NCBI GenBank assembly: GCA_946965045.2
Contig: OX337235.1
Span: 992,001-1,056,000 of the forward strand
DNA: 64,000 nt
From: Epithemia pelagica
Taxonomy: Eukaryota; Protista; Bacillariophyta
Direction of reading: 5' to 3'
Of this stretch, positions 53,912 to 64,000 are shown piece after piece (the stretch's first letter is position 1; each line of letters opens with the position of its first letter). Made by a program: the position numbers and the translations under genes. The notes under the pieces were generated by a model. It saw only the letters and a list, made by a program, of their open reading frames with translations. It searched no databases and had not been told where the DNA came from.

Positions 53912-55137
53912 GGCACCAGAGAGACAGTTCGTGAGTCATGGAAGTCAGAAAGCTCCAAACATACGAAAGGATCAAAAACTGCCACCGAAGTGCCATGGAA
54001 TATTTTGTTGTATCTCCATCGTTTCACTCTCCCTCTCCAATGCAAAGAGACAGGACGAACTTACTTGGAGAGCTTCACTTCTTCAACAACGACACTGCCT
54101 GGCGTTCCCATTTTGTCTGTTTGTATTGGTTGGTTGGATAGTTGTAAGATTTGTTGTTGGTTCGAACACGATTTTAGTTTGTTTGGTTTTATGAGATCTT
54201 TTGGTTCGCAAGATGGATCAGTCAACCTGCGTGTTTCCCGACTCGTTTCACGCGATAACATTGGCGTGTGTCAATCACCTCTCCCCAAAGATACCTTCGC
54301 ATCACGTTGTACCGAGCTGCGTAGAAATCTACACAGCCCAATCTAATCTTGAGCGATCAGAGATAAGATATATACATAATAGTATTAAAATGAATATTCA
54401 TCGTTGAGATGGGGTGTGCGTCATTCCGAACTGACAACCGCGGTCAGAATTCTGATTCTATTTGTTCTCTCGATTTCAAACGTACTTGGATTTTTGAGCT
54501 TTCGCGACTTGGAGCAATGCAACGAGAATTGAGCACTTCTCGTCCGTCCGACCAGAGAGATCGATGAAGTTGAGATCATGACAACGCACTTGCCACTGTA
54601 GTACATGGTTGCCACGAAAATGAAATGACGTCGAGGAATGTTGTCCCAACACAGATCTGTGTCCTCGACGGCATGGCAGCCAATGCATGCCAAGGATAGA
54701 AGGAATCCCGCGATCTTTCATGGAGGCAGAGAGAAGTTGGCCACCATTTTGATACGTTTGCACCATTGATAGAGCGGGTAACTTTCCCTTCACTGGAAAG
54801 TCCGCAATAGATCCTTCATGGAGTCCTCGCCACCCTGAACTTAGAGAACTTACTATCACCACGCGATTAGGTGGTCCTTAGCAGATCTTTTGAAGTAGGA
54901 GGTTAAAAGACAATCGTCTAAAAGATCCCAAATGCCAATGACACATGTCAGTATTGATTATTTCAATAGCTTCTGGTATGATCCTAACACTGCAATTCCG
55001 ATGATTAAAAAAGACGAGTACGTTTTTTTCGATGTATGTTTGTTCCATCAGAGACCATAACTGCCCGAAGCGGTACGCGGCCGCGAAAATTTACCATGTC
55101 ATTAATCATGTTCTCTCTTATTCTCCCCGAAGCCAGG

Positions 55138-57228
55138 TCACGAAACTGAAGAATGCAACCCTAAGAAAATGTTTTCCCACCATCTTCGGATCCATCGGAT
55201 TCCTAAGAAACACTCGTCTTGTATTTCAGTTTTTTCTTTATGATAAGGGTACAAATTGTCGTTCATGACGTCCTTTTCGTCCTTCTGTTCTTTCGTTCCC
55301 TCGGTTGTCTCACGTTGTCCGTCAATCGTATCCAAGCTTTTCAAGACAGCCTTTTTCCATCCCATAAAATTGTTATCCCGTTCGTCCAAGGACATTTTGG
55401 GGACAAAAGTTGTATCAACTGACCAGAGCTTTTTGATCTCTTCAAGGTCTTTCCATACATCGATCGCAAGTCCGGCACAAAAGGCCACACCCAAAGATGT
55501 TGTTTCCAAAATCACTGGTTTGACAACCGGAACCTGCAGCATGTCGGACTGGAACTGCATTAGAAGGCTGTTTGCAGCAGCTACGCCATCTACATTGAGA
55601 GATTGTAGCTTCACACCTGAGTCGCTTTCAATGGCCTCGAATACTTCTCGAGTCTAATAGGCAGCTGCCTCAAGCGCTGCTCGACAAATATGACCCTTGT
55701 GGTGAGACGTCGTGAGACCAACTATGCATGCTCGAGCGTCACTCCGCCAATGTGGGGCAAAGAGACCCGAAAAAGCAGGTACAAAGTACAGTCCTTCATT
55801 TGTTGGAGTGGCCAGTGTTTCGGAATCCGCTGCGGATGGTATGATTTGTAATTGATCGCGAAGCCATCGAATTGTGCTGCCTGAATGAGAAACGGACCCT
55901 TCCAGTGCATAGTGAACAGGTTCGTCTTTTCCAATCTGGTAGGCAATGGTAGTCACTAGTCCATGTGTACTCGGAACAACCTTTGTCCCAGTGTTCATCA
56001 TGAGGACGAGACCTGTTCCATAGGTGTTCTTGGCTTCGCCAGGAGAAAAGGCGGTTTGGCCAAAGAGAGCGGCCTGCTGTCCACCCAACACCGCAGCTAT
56101 GGGTACTTGGTCCAAATATTCCACACCGTTGTTGGCCGAACATACACCGAAAATGTGACTGCTTGGATAGATTTGGGGCAGACAAGATGAGATTGGAAGC
56201 GAATGAGGGGCACAGACCGTGTCCACAAGAGTTTGATCCCAGTGAAGCGACTGGCGTGAGCCTGATGTTGTCAGCTCTTCTCCATTGGGGGATTCATCAT
56301 GACTTCTTGGCGCAGAAGTCAAGTCCAGGAAAAGCCAACGACTGGCGTTTGTAACATCTGCGCAGAATTTACCTCTCATGTTTGCAGCCTTGCGTTGGTT
56401 TTCAGCAGGTGTACCGGTCAACTGATAAATCAGCCATGAGTCCACCGTTCCAAATCGTATATCCATTCTCTTTTCAGGATCATTCAGATCTTGCTGAAGT
56501 GCTTCTACGTTGTCGAGGAGCCACTTGACCTTTGTCCCAGCAAACGTGGAGGCCAATGGGAGCCCCGTTTTGTGACGGAGTCGATTTACGTCTCCCTGTG
56601 CAACTTCTTCAGCAATCGTCTGTGTGCGCGTATCGTCCCATACAATAGCATTGTAGTATGGGACGCCTGTCGCATGATTCCACGCGATGGTTGTCTCTCG
56701 TTGGTTCGTTATACCAATGGCCAAGAGCGGTTTCTGTGTCAAGTCAATCCCATGTTCCAAAAGAGCCTCCCCAACGGCTTGAATGCATGCCTTGGTACAG
56801 CGAAAGATATCCAAAGGGTCGTGTTCGTGCCAACCAGTTTTCTCTTGATATATTTGTTCGTGCTCAATTTGTGCAAGGGCAGCGATTCTTCCTTTGGTGG
56901 CCGTCACTGTCACAAATCGCGTTGTCGTCGTTCCTTGATCAATAGACCCAATTAATCCTGGATTTTCGCGTCGTTTCAGAAGGTAGTCCTCGTAGAGAAC
57001 ATCATTCATTACTCGTACTTTCATGGCTGGCATGACCCCCAGCATATTTGGAGAATGAGGAGCTGAAAGTGAATGCCGACGTCTCGGTCGAACAATGCCT
57101 CTACCGCCCATAGGGGGCGATGACAACTCGTCAGGGGCACAGTCGCCGAACATGTCGCCTTCGCGGCCGACTGGAAGGCTCGATATCATCGTCGAAAGAC
57201 ATCCTTGGTCTCTTGCTCCCCACCGCAA
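55138..57228 (-). pseudogene. GK: Glycerol kinase (FGGY family) with an in-frame TAG and substituted conserved residues
   Basis: GSIDQGTTTTR, GITNQRETT, WDDTRT, DVTNASR, FVPAFSGLFAPHW. The conserved AYQTR reads AY*TR (TAG 55656-55654). GDQQAAL has become GGQQAAL and VDGG has become VDGV. Confidence 0.85.
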
Positions 57229-57851
57229 GTCACTGATGGTTGATATATGTGACTTAAGAATGGATTGTTTTGGTTATTCGATGGCATGTTGCGAAAGAGG
57301 ATCATTTCGTAGCAAACAAGATCTTGCTCGTCGACTTGTAGGGGTTCTTTATGTTAAGGACTTGGACTTAACCGCTCCTCTTACCTCTTACCCTGCCTCG
57401 TTCTTCGTTGTCTCCGCGGACACAAAATCAATCTTCTGCATGGAATTGGAACGTGCCTGAAGAATCGAGAAAAGATTCTTGTAAATTCTAGCAATACAGG
57501 ATTTTCCTTCATCGATAACCCCGTTGAAATACCTCACAATGGCGATGGGTATTGGAATTCTTCGAATCTCGCGGCGATGAACGCATATTGGTCGCTCAAA
57601 TTGATGCGGAGAATCTTTGTTTCGCTATCCAAAGTTGACCATGGTGTAGGCACACATGAGAAATAGTAACTTATCAATCAGATTACTCCTAGGTCACCCA
57701 AGATCATATCGTAGTGGGCAAAGTTTAAAATTGCTTATTTTGTTACTCGATTTAAACAAATAAACTACATGAATATGATAGTTATCTTTCGAAATGACGC
57801 TAAGGAGAACATGCATATATGACGTATTGAAAGCGCAAAGATGGTCACGAT

Positions 57852-59279
57852 CTACTCTTCGTCGCTGGTCGGGACTCTCGCGGGCTGCGACCACCTCTTG
57901 AATTCATCAATCTCCTTTAATCCCAAAAGATTGCTGTAAAGCAATCGAAAAAGCTTCTTGTTCATTGAAGGTGACGACGGAGGACCGGGTCTGCTGTCGA
58001 GGTAGTCCAGCCACTCTTTTTGTTCTTCAGGACTATCAAAGGCGTAGGCAGTCTCTACATGCAACTGTGAATACCACGGGATTCCATATGTTGAGTTCGT
58101 GGCGTTTCGCATCTTATAAAGCGATTGAGCCCGATCCATGGGCAAACAAATAGCAAGGATACGAGTCAGGCGGCGGGTCTTGAAAACATCGGCCATGGCT
58201 TTCTCAAATTCTTCTGAAAAGCTATACTTTTCCCATTCTCGAACCATATCGTAAGGTAAGTTGAGGCACGTTTTGCGGTCCATATTGAGCTTTATGTAGT
58301 GCTCATTTTCGGGTTCGTCACGAAACTTCTGGTAGAATTGCTTTGCCCATTCTTCAATATTTTGGGTTCCACGATCTTTGTCTAAGCGCCCCAACGCTGC
58401 TTGAATCTTCGGGCTTTCATATTCTGAAACAAACCACTCCATTTTTGTTTCGGGTGTTGCAAGTTCTGGACGGTTGCGCTTGGCTCTTTGATCACCTGGA
58501 TTCGCACGAGAAAAGATTGTCTCCGGTATGATGGTGGGTGCGACAATCGGAGGCGACGGTGGGACAACAACTACGGGGGCACTCGATGTGAAGGGGGCAT
58601 CCACATTAAGCCCATCACCTGAGGTAGGGGGTACAGTCTGTTCATGGTCTGTACCGTTCATAGAGGCCGACGCTCCTTGACTTTCCTCAACGTATTTCTC
58701 TGCTTTCTTGATGGCTAATCGCATTGGCCATTCGAGATTCTTTTTCAGATTCCCTTCATTGTCGGTGATTTCTTCAAAAGCAGCGCTCTCCCAGTTGCGT
58801 TCATTCAATCGTTTGTTGTCTTGGAGATTAGGTTTCCAGATACGGAACTTTGCCTCTTGATTGTGAGCTTGATCCTTTGCCTTTTGATCAGCCGCGCGGA
58901 GCACATCCATCATGCAAGCACGTGCCTTGTAGGACTGTTTGGCTCGGATTTTGTCAAGAAAGAAATGGAAGGCAATGTCGCGAAGAATTTCGTTGTGACC
59001 GAATGGATCAAAGTTGGCGCATCCGCAAACAAAGTGAAGATCATTTGGGAAGTTCACAATAATCATGGCGCCCAAAGTTTCACCCTCTCCGAGACCCACG
59101 ACCTCCTGGAAGATGTCTGTTAATTCTTCTGGGGTTGGAGGCGGCATACTATCTTCAGGACTCAAATCCAGTGGATCCAAATCTGTTCCGACGTCGATGT
59201 CCAACTCGCCTTCTCCGGGCAGTAGATCTGCTCGCATGAGCTGAATCAAAGCATCATCGCCTTCGTCAACGTTCGACAT
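57852..59279 (-). CDS. Hypothetical protein (about 475 aa) with an acidic N-terminus and two helical regions
   Basis: Long intact ORF with protein-like composition. No family recognised. Confidence 0.7.
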   Translation of the reverse strand: MSNVDEGDDALIQLMRADLLPGEGELDIDVGTDLDPLDLSPEDSMPPPTPEELTDIFQEVVGLGEGETLGAMIIVNFPNDLHFVCGCANFDPFGHNEILRDIAFHFFLDKIRAKQSYKARACMMDVLRAADQKAKDQAHNQEAKFRIWKPNLQDNKRLNERNWESAAFEEITDNEGNLKKNLEWPMRLAIKKAEKYVEESQGASASMNGTDHEQTVPPTSGDGLNVDAPFTSSAPVVVVPPSPPIVAPTIIPETIFSRANPGDQRAKRNRPELATPETKMEWFVSEYESPKIQAALGRLDKDRGTQNIEEWAKQFYQKFRDEPENEHYIKLNMDRKTCLNLPYDMVREWEKYSFSEEFEKAMADVFKTRRLTRILAICLPMDRAQSLYKMRNATNSTYGIPWYSQLHVETAYAFDSPEEQKEWLDYLDSRPGPPSSPSMNKKLFRLLYSNLLGLKEIDEFKRWSQPARVPTSDEE

Positions 59280-60836
59280 GGTTGCGTCTTCTTGCTGGTT
59301 TTGTCTTTGCAATTATATGGTAGTTCTTACTCGTGAGACGTCAGAGAGTGTGAGTCTGCTTGTGTGTAAAGTCGCAAGTGCAAGTTGCACGATGAAGATG
59401 CGAAATCGAAATCAATGGGCACATGCACACGTGATGCGGAGATCTACTTTCCGCATGCTCTCGCAACCGTCGATGCAAAAACTATCCTTGTTAGCAGGAA
59501 GTAGAGCCAGAAACATTCCTCTATCTAGAGAGTGAATGTACTCCTACTCCTAGACTACTCACCTACCTAGGAGAAGTAATACGAATTGCAAATTGAAACA
59601 GGAGTCATCATCTTCTCCGTTAGGCATTAGAGTTAGAGCCATGCAGCTCTAAGTCTAACTGCCATGGAAAACAAAAGATCGGTGTAATACATCGGATTCG
59701 GACGACGACGACGAAGAGGACGAGGAGGAAGAAGAACAGGAAGAGGAAGAGCGCTTGGAATACATAGCTTCCATCCCCCCTAGAGTCCATGGAGGGAAAG
59801 TTGGCGGATGGTTCATTTTCCAGTCTACCAAGTAGCTCCGTCGAAATGACGAAAGCGACACACTCCACTCTTGAAGTTACATCGAGCCGCTCCCTGTTGT
59901 TTTGTGCCCATCTTTTGTCTCTCATTCTCTACTAGGGACACATCCTAAGTCTTCCTTCATCTAGCTCGAGGATAGTTTTACCATCATCAAGTCATTTCAC
60001 GAAGCAATACAGAACCTGGAGGGCTTCGCCTCTCGTCTCATGGTCCCGGCGATAGTTGGTTTCTGCAAAAAAAATATTGTTCAATCTCGAAAACTCGATC
60101 TAATTGTAGGAGAATGGAGGTTTGTCCTTTTTTCTTTTTTAGGCTTTCAAAAATCCAACAAGATACGACAAGTTGTTCTTCATTTTTCATTTCCCAACGG
60201 TCCAAAACCAACTACTACCGAGAATACTGGATCATAAAAGTTTTATTGATTTTATGATTCTGTTCTGATTATGGATGCTGGGGCGTACACGAATCGTGGG
60301 TTCAGCGTCATCCCCACCCAGATGATCCCCAACTTTGTTGCGGGTTCTGTTGTCGTGTGTGTGCATGTGTGTCGGTCATCGTTTGAAGGAGACCGACCTT
60401 ATTGAGAGGAACGCATACTAGTGCAATCAAGCTGCAGTTGCTCCCCTTGAAGAAGAAGAAGAAGCTTCAGGATAGCATTGGAGAGACGTTCGACCGAAAC
60501 GAAAAATCGCTCCCAGAAGACTTCTCGTGTTCCGTTGAGTTCAATACAACGAGAAAGTCGACCCGGGTCTCTTTGTCGGAATAGGGACTTCAGTTGAGGC
60601 GTCTCTCTTCGGAAAGTTATTCGAGGAGCCTCGAAGAAACGGGACGCACAGATATAAATCGGAGAAAGTCATCGCCTATCTTCCCTAACTATCGTTTGAA
60701 GACAGCTCCAGCTTGGGCGTTTCCTCCACAACAAGACGTTTTGTTGGCAAGTCAAAATACCACGAAGCAATCCCCAACATTGGGGTTTTCTGTGTTTGTA
60801 GAAGAGCGAAGCGACGAAAGTCAGTTTGAAGTCATT

Positions 60837-63800
60837 ATGATGGCCGAAGATTCGAATGGTCAATCGGCCTTGGAAGAAGCGCAACAGCTCATGAGTCAAT
60901 TGGATACTGGTGGGGGAGACGATGATGAAGGCGTGACCTTTTCGATTGATAGTGATGATGAAGACGATGAAGGCATTGGTCCTCCCAAACCCACCGATTC
61001 TCATCCCTTGTTGGATAGCCATGAGGACAACATCCAGGTTCAAAATGGAACGGCCCAGCAAAATCCGTTGAGTTCCACCTCTTCTCAGCCCTACCAAGCA
61101 AGTACGTCGTTTGCCTCAGCAGCAACTGCTGTGCATAGCAACCAAACTGGTGGTATGCCAACTACAGCCATGGGAGGACAACAACCCCATCATGTCGTGA
61201 GAAGTTCCCTCGAACAGCATTCGGCCGGACATCCCTTGGCTCCAGGTGTAGTACCAGCGACATCGAGCATGGCATCCTCTTCCCCGAATGCAGCCGGGGG
61301 TCTTTTGGGAGATTCTTGGAAGCAACAGACTTCTCGCTTTGCGTCTGCCATGGCCAATATGGCACAGCGAGCTGCCCATCAAGTTGTCAGTGCTACGAGT
61401 ACACAGCCTCCTCCCAACAATATGATGATGAATCAACATCATGTCATGGGATTGCAACCGCCGCAACAACAACCAACACCATCCTCGTCTGCTGGAAGTC
61501 TTGCTTCCTATGGCAGCAATTCGGCTGTAATTACAAGCGCAACCGGAAGTGAGGTCGGACCGGCCGGCACCAACCCTTCCATGATGCAGTCGGCTGCCGA
61601 ATTGGACAATGAACAAAAAGCCGCCTTGATTCGTACTCACGTGGGAGAATTGCTACCCGGAGAACGTGTAATCATGTTTGTGGCCAACTTGTTGCACGTG
61701 AGTGATTCTACTGGATTCAGCTATACCTACTCCCCCACAGCCGCTGGCACCGATCCCTCGTCGTCTGCTGCGGTAGCGTCGTCGGGTGCGGCCATTTGGT
61801 GTTGTGCCATGACTTATTATCGTCTCATTTTGTTTGGGACACATCCTTTTTCGCCACCGCCACGTCCGGTCGATTGGAATCCGACCTGTTGGCCGCATCG
61901 ACCGGTTCATTTGCTGCAAATGCCCTTGGCTGGCATGGAACGAGTCGACCGAACCGTGTTTGCGGCACCCATGACCAGTGCCGCTGGAGGAGGCGGAGGC
62001 CCGGCCACGGGAGGAACAGCCTCCAATACCTTGTCGACGACCTCCCTCATGGGGTTGCATATTGTTGGCAAAGATAATGGTCGAACCTTGCGATTCACAA
62101 CGCCCTCGTATGCCGATACGGTTCGAGCCCATGAAGCCTTACAAACCTATGCCTTTCCAGGACGGCGGAATTTGGGCTACTTGTTTGCCTTTGAATCGAA
62201 AAAAGATGACGTGATGAAATCCATTGTGACCGATCCAGCGACTGGGCAGAAACAAGTCACTCTCCCACCCGTTGCCAAGCAGTTTGATGCAATGACGGAG
62301 TTTGCCAGACAATTTCAAAGGTACAAGAACAACAACTGTCCATGGACGGTATATCAGTCGGTCAATGCGCACTATCAACTTTGCGGTTCTTATCCCTCAA
62401 TCTTGGCGGGACCTTCGTCCTTGAATGAGAATAGTCCTGATTCTGTGCGCGTTTTACAACAGTCGGCGACGTTTCGATCGGAACAGCGGTTGCCTGTTCT
62501 GACCTATGCTTCAGGCCGAGGAGGGGGCAGTCTGTGGCGATGTTCGCAACCCAAGATTGGGTTACAGGGCAATCGGAGTCCGGCGGATGAATGGTTAATG
62601 AAACAAATTCTGGATCAGGCAGTTCAAGCCAACACAACGGAACCCCCGCGTTCTCCACCCATTCCCCGACAAGTCTTGTTACAGTTGACCGGCAGTGCGT
62701 CATTGGAGCAGTTTGCCAAGGACTGGTTACCGTCCTTCACGACAGGAACCTCGTCTGGGTCTCTCATGGTCCCATGTGAATTGAAAATATTGGATTTACG
62801 TCCCCGCTCGTCCGCCATGGCCAATCGTACAGGGGGATATGGGTACGAAAATACGTCCAATTACCCCGGTTCAACCTTGCAATTTTGTGGTATAGGGAAT
62901 ATTCATGCCGTTCGGGATGCCTATCAAAAGATTTCCAACACTTGCATGTCGGCGGCGACGCAAGATTTACAATGGGTGTCCCAAGTGGAAGATTCGAAAT
63001 GGTTGCATCATATTCGGAACATTCTTACTGCTTCGTGGGAAGCGGTGTACTGGATCCATGTTTTTTCCTTACCTGTCGTGTTGCATTGCTCTCACGGATG
63101 GGATCGAACGTCCCAAGTGGCCTGTGTCGCTCAATTAATGTTGGATCCTTACTATCGTACTATCCCAGGGTTTGCCTGTCTGGTTGAAAAAGACTTCATG
63201 GCGTTTGGACATCCCTTTCATACGCGGTGTGCACATGGGGTAGGAACTGGTGGTGCAGGCAATACATCTTCCGTGGTATCTAACACGGTGAATACGGCGA
63301 GCAACATGGCGAAAAACGACAATTTCGACGAAGGACAAGTATCACCAGTCTTTTTGCAATTCCTCGATTGTGTCTATCAGTTGGTTTCCTTATACCCCGA
63401 TGCCTTTGAAATTACAACCCGGTACTTGTTGGATTTGAGTGATCACGTCTACTCTTGCCGCTTTGGCAACTTTTTGTGTGACACGGAACGCGAGCGTGAA
63501 ACGGTGGCTGGCATTCGGCAAAGGACCCATTCCATATGGGATTTCTTGCAAGCGAGGCACGCAGGACGAAGCAGCAAGTCATTGACAGGTGGTGTCTTGC
63601 TCATGCCCTTGCCCACATTGCTAAGGAATGTCTCATTGTGGACAGATCGACACGCCAAGTTTGGTGCCAAACCAACGCAACGATGGACTATGCCTGAATC
63701 CGTGCCAAGCAATATATGGACTGGTGCGCCGGATGGACGACACGATGATGATACGCCCCACTTTCACCCAATTCCGACCCTTCAAGAAGCACAAGCGGAA

Positions 63801-63938
63801 ACTTTGGCCCGGTTGGCGATGTCATCGACGGATTCTCCTTCGATAACTATCCAAAATACTGGAACTCCGACGGCGTCTCAGCCTATCAACCCCGACACCA
63901 GTGTAGAAACCTCAATTAAGGAGGAAACAACTAAGTGA
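60837..63938 (+). CDS. Myotubularin-family phosphoinositide 3-phosphatase (PH-GRAM-like + PTP-like domain)
   Basis: VNAHYQLCGSYPS, FRSEQRLPVL, RCSQP, DLRPRSSAMAN, GYEN, IHAVRD, HCSHGWDRTSQV, VEKDF..FGHPF, SPVFLQFLDCV. Likely start ATG 60837. Confidence 0.93.
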   Translation: MMAEDSNGQSALEEAQQLMSQLDTGGGDDDEGVTFSIDSDDEDDEGIGPPKPTDSHPLLDSHEDNIQVQNGTAQQNPLSSTSSQPYQASTSFASAATAVHSNQTGGMPTTAMGGQQPHHVVRSSLEQHSAGHPLAPGVVPATSSMASSSPNAAGGLLGDSWKQQTSRFASAMANMAQRAAHQVVSATSTQPPPNNMMMNQHHVMGLQPPQQQPTPSSSAGSLASYGSNSAVITSATGSEVGPAGTNPSMMQSAAELDNEQKAALIRTHVGELLPGERVIMFVANLLHVSDSTGFSYTYSPTAAGTDPSSSAAVASSGAAIWCCAMTYYRLILFGTHPFSPPPRPVDWNPTCWPHRPVHLLQMPLAGMERVDRTVFAAPMTSAAGGGGGPATGGTASNTLSTTSLMGLHIVGKDNGRTLRFTTPSYADTVRAHEALQTYAFPGRRNLGYLFAFESKKDDVMKSIVTDPATGQKQVTLPPVAKQFDAMTEFARQFQRYKNNNCPWTVYQSVNAHYQLCGSYPSILAGPSSLNENSPDSVRVLQQSATFRSEQRLPVLTYASGRGGGSLWRCSQPKIGLQGNRSPADEWLMKQILDQAVQANTTEPPRSPPIPRQVLLQLTGSASLEQFAKDWLPSFTTGTSSGSLMVPCELKILDLRPRSSAMANRTGGYGYENTSNYPGSTLQFCGIGNIHAVRDAYQKISNTCMSAATQDLQWVSQVEDSKWLHHIRNILTASWEAVYWIHVFSLPVVLHCSHGWDRTSQVACVAQLMLDPYYRTIPGFACLVEKDFMAFGHPFHTRCAHGVGTGGAGNTSSVVSNTVNTASNMAKNDNFDEGQVSPVFLQFLDCVYQLVSLYPDAFEITTRYLLDLSDHVYSCRFGNFLCDTERERETVAGIRQRTHSIWDFLQARHAGRSSKSLTGGVLLMPLPTLLRNVSLWTDRHAKFGAKPTQRWTMPESVPSNIWTGAPDGRHDDDTPHFHPIPTLQEAQAETLARLAMSSTDSPSITIQNTGTPTASQPINPDTSVETSIKEETTK

Positions 63939-64000
63939 AAGACCGTCTCGTTCGTGGCCATCTCTTGTTTTAATTGAAATTAGTATGCCGTCGTTCTTCA

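Noticed and set aside
17853-57400. TAA/TAG reassigned to Gln (ciliate-like code), suggested by in-frame stops at Gln-like positions
   Set aside because: Intact genes here end at TAA or TAG at the expected positions (fabB and fabH TAA, repeat protein TAG), so these are mutations or errors rather than recoding.
59650-59870. Acidic D/E-run mini-ORF
   Set aside because: No start codon in frame and low complexity; could be a simple purine-rich repeat.
1-64000. tRNA, rRNA or telomeric repeats
   Set aside because: None were recognised on reading either strand; tRNAscan-SE/Infernal would be needed to exclude them formally.

Overview
Eukaryotic nuclear DNA, very likely from a pennate diatom. Evidence: bipartite ER+plastid presequences with an A/G|F cleavage motif, short GT-AG introns of about 70-180 nt, and diatom-type protein families. 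The window opens inside a non-LTR (LINE-type) retrotransposon; its APE-endonuclease ORF2 runs off the left edge and is missing from the ORF track. Recognisable genes: a head-to-head plastid fabH/fabB pair, an LRR protein, SNAP50, a TraB-domain protein, a CoA-type mitochondrial carrier, a Golgi-type protein with two GT54/MGAT4-like domains, two tandem phosphatase-GPDH bidomain genes, propionyl-CoA carboxylase alpha, a CSRNP-like protein, MTHFR and a myotubularin. The most unusual locus is at 46.6-52 kb. There a stand-alone GNAT acetyltransferase, MTHFR and a full-length paralogue of that GNAT fused N-terminally to a complete Cys-less pentameric ligand-gated ion channel lie side by side. Next to it is a 7-exon gene with five ~60-aa repeats, one per phase-1 exon. 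Several other genes are disrupted by nonsense codons or small indels (glycerol kinase, a CCCH+RBR gene, an NTF2-like gene, a Crinkler/RHS-like relic, LINE ORF1). All family assignments come from motif recognition by eye; no searches were run.
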